A stretch of 52,700 nt of DNA from an uncultured Coriobacteriaceae bacterium (lineage in GTDB: Bacteria; Actinomycetota; Coriobacteriia; Coriobacteriales; QAMH01), in the NCBI GenBank assembly GCA_964388185.1, contig CAYLYJ010000003.1, positions 1-52,700 on the forward strand, written 5' to 3'. The notes under the pieces were generated by a model. That model made no database searches. It was not told where the DNA came from and saw only the letters and a list, made by a program, of their open reading frames with translations. Shown one piece after another: positions 46,798-52,700 of the stretch; position 1 is the first letter of the stretch; each line of letters opens with the position of its first letter. The position numbers and the translations under genes were made by a program.

Positions 46798-47658
46798 CTA
46801 CAGCGCGAAGCCGATGAGCGCAAAGATATAGGGGGCACCCGCAACCATGGCGTATGCGGCTACGGAGCCGAAGATGATCGAGTCGCAGCGATCGAGTAGG
46901 CCACCGTGGCCCGGCATGATATCGCCGGAATCCTTAGCGGAAAAGCCGCGCTTGATATGGGACTCAGTCAAGTCGCCGATGATGCCCGCATAGCCAACGA
47001 CAATGCCCGCGATGATGGCCCAAACGAAACCAAAACCACAATCGGGAATGAACACGACGATAAGCACCCAAAACAGGATGCTTGCAAACATGCCGCAAAC
47101 CACGCCCTCCCACGTCTTCTTGGGCGAGATATGCGGCGCGAACTTGTGCTTGCCAAAGGCGGAGCCGCCCAGATAGGCAAAACCATCGTTGGCCCAGATA
47201 CTGCCGAGCACCAGAAAACACATAAGGCCACCCTCGAAGCCGGGGATGACATCGCGCAGCATCACGAAAGACGACAGCATGAGGCCCGTATACAGGTAGC
47301 CGAACAGCGTAAGCGCCACGTCAACGATGGTGTCTTCGACATGCGCGAAATACCGCATGAGCATGATGATGCCCGCGATGAACGAAACCGTCAGCGCGGC
47401 GACGACCACGTGTCCAGTCTGAACCACGAGACACATGGCCAACGGGATAAGGCCCGCCGACACCGTACCGATAATGATGTAGGGATGATAACCCGCACCC
47501 TGCGCCATGCGCAGAAACTCATAGCAACACAGTGCCGCCGTAATGGCAATGACGATGACCGTGGTATACCAGGAAACGAAGGTGGCGACCGAGGTGATGG
47601 CAACATACACCGCGCCAACCCCGACGCGTCGTCCCAAGTCCCTCACGTTAATCGCCAT
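46798..47658 (-). CDS. cdsA: Phosphatidate cytidylyltransferase
   Basis: Multi-TM; ISPKKTWEG, GDLTESHIKR and KDSG..MPGHGGLLDRCDS. Confidence 0.96.
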   Translation of the reverse strand: MAINVRDLGRRVGVGAVYVAITSVATFVSWYTTVIVIAITAALCCYEFLRMAQGAGYHPYIIIGTVSAGLIPLAMCLVVQTGHVVVAALTVSFIAGIIMLMRYFAHVEDTIVDVALTLFGYLYTGLMLSSFVMLRDVIPGFEGGLMCFLVLGSIWANDGFAYLGGSAFGKHKFAPHISPKKTWEGVVCGMFASILFWVLIVVFIPDCGFGFVWAIIAGIVVGYAGIIGDLTESHIKRGFSAKDSGDIMPGHGGLLDRCDSIIFGSVAAYAMVAGAPYIFALIGFAL

Positions 47659-47674
47659 CGTCTACCTCGGACCT

Positions 47675-48457
47675 CTACTCGTCGACCTTACCGAAGCGAC
47701 GATCGCGCGTCTGAAAGTCGAGCAACGCACGCAGAAGCTCGTAGCGGTCGAAATCAGGCCAGAGCACGTCGGTGACGTAAAACTCGGCGTAAGCAAGTTG
47801 CCAGAGCAGGAAGTTCGACAGGCGCATCTCGCCACTCGTGCGAATGAGCAGATCGGGGTCGGGCATGCCGGCAGTATAGAGGCTCATGGCGATGAGATCT
47901 TCGGAAATCGCCTCGCTCGTAAGCTCACCCGCCTCGATTTTGCGCGCGATCGTGCGCGCGGCATCGGCTATCTCCAGACGCGAGCCGTAGTTGACGGCGA
48001 TGGCAAGCGTCATGCCGCCGTTCTTAGCAGTGCGCTTCTCGGCCTGCTTGAAAATGGCGCGCGTCGTAAGGGGCAGATCCTCGACGCGGCCGAGGAGCTT
48101 AATCCTGACCTTCTCCTCGTCAAGACCGTCAACTTCGGCACCCATGGTCTTGGCGAAGAGGTCCATGAGACCAGTGACCTCCGTCTTGGGTCGATTCCAG
48201 TTCTCTGTGGAGAACGAGTAGATGGTGAGGTAGCGCACACCGATGTCATTGCAGGTGGTAATTGCCTCGCGCACGGCGCGGATGCCGGCCTTATGGCCCT
48301 CGCCGCGATCAAGACCGCGTTGCTTGGCCCAGCGCCCGTTGCCATCCATGATGATGGCAACGTGCTCGGGGATTCTGCTCGTATCGAGTGCGTGTACGTC
48401 GAGTTCTGCGGGAGGTTCGGGAAAGATCTCCTCCAGTGTGGATGGTCTCTCGCTCAA
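47675..48457 (-). CDS. uppS: Undecaprenyl/isoprenyl diphosphate synthase
   Basis: HVAIIMDGNGRWA, FSTENWNRP and DLLIRTSGEMRLSNFLLWQ. Confidence 0.97.
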   Translation of the reverse strand: MSERPSTLEEIFPEPPAELDVHALDTSRIPEHVAIIMDGNGRWAKQRGLDRGEGHKAGIRAVREAITTCNDIGVRYLTIYSFSTENWNRPKTEVTGLMDLFAKTMGAEVDGLDEEKVRIKLLGRVEDLPLTTRAIFKQAEKRTAKNGGMTLAIAVNYGSRLEIADAARTIARKIEAGELTSEAISEDLIAMSLYTAGMPDPDLLIRTSGEMRLSNFLLWQLAYAEFYVTDVLWPDFDRYELLRALLDFQTRDRRFGKVDE

Positions 48458-48465
48458 AATGCTCC

Positions 48466-49023
48466 CTATATTTCCATGACCTCGGCCTCTTTCACGGAAA
48501 GGGCCGCGTCGATTTTCGCGATGAAATCGTCGGTGATCTTCTGGAGCTGCTCTTCCTCGCGATGCTGCTCATCCTCGCTGATCTCGCCGTCCTTCTTGAG
48601 GCGCTCGATCTTGTTCTTGGCATCGCGGCGGGCATTGCGCACGGCAACGCGGCGGTTCTCGGCAGCGGCCTTGCACTCCTTGACGATCTCGCGACGACGT
48701 TCCTCGGTGGGAGCGGGGAACGGCAGGCGAATGATGCCGGAACCATCGTTATTGGGCGTGATGCCCAGATTGGCGGAGAGGATGGCCTTCTCGACAGGGC
48801 CGAGCAGGGACTTGTCCCACGGCTCGATGGTCATGAGGTTGCCCTCGGGAATCTTGATGGCGCCGACTTGCGAAACGGGCGTGGGGACACCGTAATAGTC
48901 GACCTTCACGTTATCGAGGATGTTCGCCGAGGGACGACCCGTATGGAGCTTCGAGAAATCCTGATCGAGTGCCTTGACCGCGCGGGTCATCGCCTCTTTT
49001 GCCTGATCGAGTTCTTCTGACAC
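48466..49023 (-). CDS. frr: Ribosome recycling factor
   Basis: TGRPS, VDYYG, PTEERR, VRNARRD and KEAEVM. Confidence 0.97.
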   Translation of the reverse strand: MSEELDQAKEAMTRAVKALDQDFSKLHTGRPSANILDNVKVDYYGVPTPVSQVGAIKIPEGNLMTIEPWDKSLLGPVEKAILSANLGITPNNDGSGIIRLPFPAPTEERRREIVKECKAAAENRRVAVRNARRDAKNKIERLKKDGEISEDEQHREEEQLQKITDDFIAKIDAALSVKEAEVMEI

Positions 49024-49038
49024 CTTACGTCTCCTTCT

Positions 49039-49782
<744 letters not shown>

Positions 49783-50343
49783 TTAGAGGCGCTCAACGAA
49801 GCGGCCGTCACGCGTGTCAACCTTGACCCTATCGCCAATCTCGAGGAAGAGCGGGACCTTAATCTCGGCACCCGTCTCGCACACGGCCGGTTTGGTGCCA
49901 CTCTGGACGGTGTTGCCCTTGAAGCCAGGCTCGGTCTCGGTAATCTCGAGCTCGACGAACATGGGGGGCTCGACGTTGATCAGCTCACCATCGGCGTACT
50001 GCGCCAGGCAGGTATCGCCCTCCTTGAGCCATTTCTCGTTATCGCCGATGATGGCTGCAGGAACCTCAGGCTGCTCGTAAGTCACGGGATCCATGAAGTA
50101 AAAGGTATCGCCATCGGTCCAGGAGTACTCCATCTCCTTGGTCTCGAGGCGCACGTCATCGAACTTGTCATTAGGCCTGAAGGTGTACTCGACGACGCGA
50201 CCGGTGGAGACGTCTTTGAGCTTGGTGCGGATGAAAGCACCGCCCTTGCCAGGCTTCACGTGCTGAAACTCGACAATGGTGCAGAGCTTGTTGTTGTACT
50301 TAATGCACATGCCGTTCTTGAAATTTGAGGGCTGAACACTCAC
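49783..50343 (-). CDS. efp: Elongation factor P
   Basis: HVKPGKGGAF, FMDP.TYEQ, TEPGFKGNT, KPA..ETG and VDTRDG. GTG start. Confidence 0.96.
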   Translation of the reverse strand: MSVQPSNFKNGMCIKYNNKLCTIVEFQHVKPGKGGAFIRTKLKDVSTGRVVEYTFRPNDKFDDVRLETKEMEYSWTDGDTFYFMDPVTYEQPEVPAAIIGDNEKWLKEGDTCLAQYADGELINVEPPMFVELEITETEPGFKGNTVQSGTKPAVCETGAEIKVPLFLEIGDRVKVDTRDGRFVERL

Positions 50344-50529
50344 TTTAAACTGCCTTTCTCTCGACATATCCTCAGTATTCTACTCTATCGGCTCCCAAAC
50401 GTGTGGATCAGCTTTGAGCGTGCGCAAAATGCCCGTAATCGTGCAAAACGCATCGGATTCTTGCATGAAGCGCACGTTCTCATACAATGATGCGCATGCG
50501 CAAGCATGGAATGGGAGGTCTAGTACGAC

Positions 50530-51633
50530 ATGCGGGCATTTCATAGAGTAGAACAGGTTCAGCGACTTCTCGAGGAGCAAACGCTCGACGCAATCATCGT
50601 GCGCGCGAACAGTGACCTGTTCTGGCTCACGGGCTTCGAAGACGTCTTCGACACCGAGCAGGCGCATGTCGCCATCATCACGCGACAAGACTGCATCCTG
50701 CATACGGACACACGCTACGTCACCGCAATGCGCGAGAAATCCAGCGAGGAGGGCATCTGGCAAATCGATGCGTCACGTGACCGCGAGGTCGAGTTCATCA
50801 CTCACATGCTCGCCGACCTCAAGCTCGTCACCGGACGCATCGCCATCGACGAGGCCATGCCCTTGAGCCTATATCGCAAGTATTCGGATGCCATGCCCAA
50901 CGCGCGCTTCAAGGAGCGCTCCGACGACATCCTCAAGCTACGCGCCGTCAAAGATGCCGACGAAATTGCGACCATGAAACGCGCGCAGGGCGTAGCTTCG
51001 CAAGCCTTCATGGAGACGATTTCCAATCTCAAGCCCGGCATGAGCGAGCGCGATGCCTCGCTCGAGCTCGAATTCGCGATGAAGCGTCTCGGAGCAAGCG
51101 AGCTCGCCTTCGCGAACATCGTCGCGAGCGGCCCCAACGGCGCCAAGCCCCATGCCATTCCCTCGGATCGCCTGCTCGAGGCCGGCGACTTCGTCGTCTT
51201 CGACTTTGGCGCACGTGTGGGCGGCTATTGTTCGGACACGACGCGCACGGTATGCATCGGTGGGGCAAGCGACGAGCAGATACGCGTCTACGAGGCCGTG
51301 CGCCGGGCAAATGAGTGGGTTGCCGCGAGCATCAAACCGGGCGTGACAGGTGCGCAGATGCACACGCTCGCCGAGGGCGAACTTGCCAAGGCGGGCTTCG
51401 CGAACAAGATGGGGCACTCGCTCGGGCATGGCGTGGGCATCGACATCCACGAGCTGCCGCTACTCTCGCCCACCAACAAGGAGGCACTCGTCGTGGGCAA
51501 CGTCGTGACCGACGAGCCGGGCGTCTACATTCCCAACGAATTGGGCGTACGCATCGAGGATTGCGGTGTCGTCACCGAAACCGGATTCGAGAGCTTCTGC
51601 AACATCACGCACGAGCTCATCGTGATTGAATAG
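50530..51633 (+). CDS. Xaa-Pro aminopeptidase (M24B)
   Basis: DFGA..GYCSDTTRT, HSLGHGVGIDIHE, EPGVY and GVRIED; GGAGG RBS. Confidence 0.94.
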   Translation: MRAFHRVEQVQRLLEEQTLDAIIVRANSDLFWLTGFEDVFDTEQAHVAIITRQDCILHTDTRYVTAMREKSSEEGIWQIDASRDREVEFITHMLADLKLVTGRIAIDEAMPLSLYRKYSDAMPNARFKERSDDILKLRAVKDADEIATMKRAQGVASQAFMETISNLKPGMSERDASLELEFAMKRLGASELAFANIVASGPNGAKPHAIPSDRLLEAGDFVVFDFGARVGGYCSDTTRTVCIGGASDEQIRVYEAVRRANEWVAASIKPGVTGAQMHTLAEGELAKAGFANKMGHSLGHGVGIDIHELPLLSPTNKEALVVGNVVTDEPGVYIPNELGVRIEDCGVVTETGFESFCNITHELIVIE

Positions 51634-52054
51634 CCTCCAGCAGCATGTCGACGCCACGCAGGTAGCCTTCCGGTCCGAGCCCCTTGATTTGCCCGATACA
51701 CGCATCGGCGAGCACCGAATGCCGGCGAAACTCCTCGCGCTTCGAGATATCCGAGATGTGCACCTCGACGACAGGCGTGGTGACCGAACTAATCGCATCA
51801 TGCAGGGCGTAGCTGTAATGCGTATGCGCGCCGGGGTTGTAGACGATGCCGTCATATACGCCCTGGCTCGCGTGAATCTCATCGATGAGCTCGCCTTCGT
51901 GGTTGGACTGGAAGCAGTCCATGTCAACGCCATGCTCGTGTGCATAGGCAACCGTATCGACCTCTATGTCGGCGAGTGTCATCGTGCCGTAGACATCCGG
52001 CTCGCGCTGTCCCAACAGGTTGAGGTTCGGTCCGTTCATCAACAGAAACTTCAT
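51617..52054 (-). CDS. aroQ: Type II 3-dehydroquinate dehydratase
   Basis: NGPNLNLLGQREP.VYG, QSNHEG, NPGAHTHYS and EVHIS. ATGA overlap with the aroB stop. Confidence 0.96.
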   Translation of the reverse strand: MKFLLMNGPNLNLLGQREPDVYGTMTLADIEVDTVAYAHEHGVDMDCFQSNHEGELIDEIHASQGVYDGIVYNPGAHTHYSYALHDAISSVTTPVVEVHISDISKREEFRRHSVLADACIGQIKGLGPEGYLRGVDMLLEAIQSR

Positions 52055-52700
52055 GCCTGACCCCACATCTTTCCGCCGTTTTGCTCGATGAGGCGCTTCT
52101 TGGCCACACACCAGGCACTCAAATGCTCCCTGATGACATCATCGGGCACGCTCACGAGCTTCCACGAGGCAATATCCTCGAGCAAGACGAAGCGTATCTG
52201 GCCGCCCCGGCACTTCTTGTCGCCTTTCATGAGATTGAAGAGACGCTCGGGCGGTGCCGTCCATGGCAAAGCGGGCAACCCCAGGCTATCGAGCAGCGAA
52301 TCAGTTGCCCGCACGACGCTCATATCGCAGCCGAGCATCTCGACCGACAGTCGCGCGGCAAAGCGCATGCCCTCGGCAACGGCACGCCCATGGGCGATGG
52401 TGCCATAGCCCGCAGCGTTCTCGATGGCATGCGCGAGCGTATGACCGTAGTTAAGGCACTCGCGTACGCCAGCTGACTCGGTGCTGTCCCTGCTCACCAC
52501 CGAGGCCTTAAACTCGGCAGTCATGTAGACGGCTTCCTCGAGCAATTCGACATCATGTGCTACGAGCCCCTCGACGTTATCGCGCATCCACTCGTAAAAC
52601 GAGCGGCGCGGGGCGACGAAGGAGCTCTTGGCGATCTCGGCAAAACCGTTTGCCCAGTCCTCGTCGAGCAGGGTCTTGAGACAGCGGATGTCGGAGCATA
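52051..52700 (-). CDS. aroB: 3-dehydroquinate synthase (partial; 5' end outside the window)
   Basis: GFAEIAK, K..VV..D..E, LNYGHTLAHAIE, HGRAVAEGM and DKK. Confidence 0.93.
   Translation of the reverse strand, partial: CSDIRCLKTLLDEDWANGFAEIAKSSFVAPRRSFYEWMRDNVEGLVAHDVELLEEAVYMTAEFKASVVSRDSTESAGVRECLNYGHTLAHAIENAAGYGTIAHGRAVAEGMRFAARLSVEMLGCDMSVVRATDSLLDSLGLPALPWTAPPERLFNLMKGDKKCRGGQIRFVLLEDIASWKLVSVPDDVIREHLSAWCVAKKRLIEQNGGKMWGQA

Overview
High-GC chromosomal window. Gene content and order (dcw cluster without ftsA, sepF, divIVA, type A RNase P RNA) suggest an actinobacterium, most likely Coriobacteriia/Eggerthellaceae-like; this is inference. Most genes are on the minus strand. From left to right: (1) two XRE-cupin regulator + acyl-CoA ligase pairs bracketing a P-loop ATPase and a four-subunit 2-oxoacid:ferredoxin oxidoreductase; (2) an orphan Hpt + REC-GGDEF-EAL pair; (3) a Tat-type NlpC/P60 hydrolase and a secreted C39-like peptidase; (4) rnpB; (5) a complete dcw cluster from mraZ to ftsZ, then pgeF, yggS, sepF, proC, yggT, divIVA and DUF167; (6) a shortened class III fructose-1,6-bisphosphatase; (7) a two-gene islet bounded by an 11-bp direct repeat and REP-like palindromes, encoding a DUF6273/CLec-like surface protein with a C-terminus resembling a diversity-generating retroelement (DGR) target; (8) def-fmt-rsmB, a CmpB-like membrane protein, an arylamine N-acetyltransferase, tRNA-Arg(CCU) and trmO; (9) efp-pyrH-frr-uppS-cdsA-dxr-rseP-ispG; (10) an inverted Xaa-Pro peptidase, aroQ and partial aroB. 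No CRISPR array, transposase, integrase or reverse transcriptase is visible. The most notable signals are the repeat-bounded islet and the bipartite repeat it appears to split, an RseP with a winged-helix-like insertion, the minimal class III FBPase, and the acyl-CoA ligase/ATPase/Vor module.
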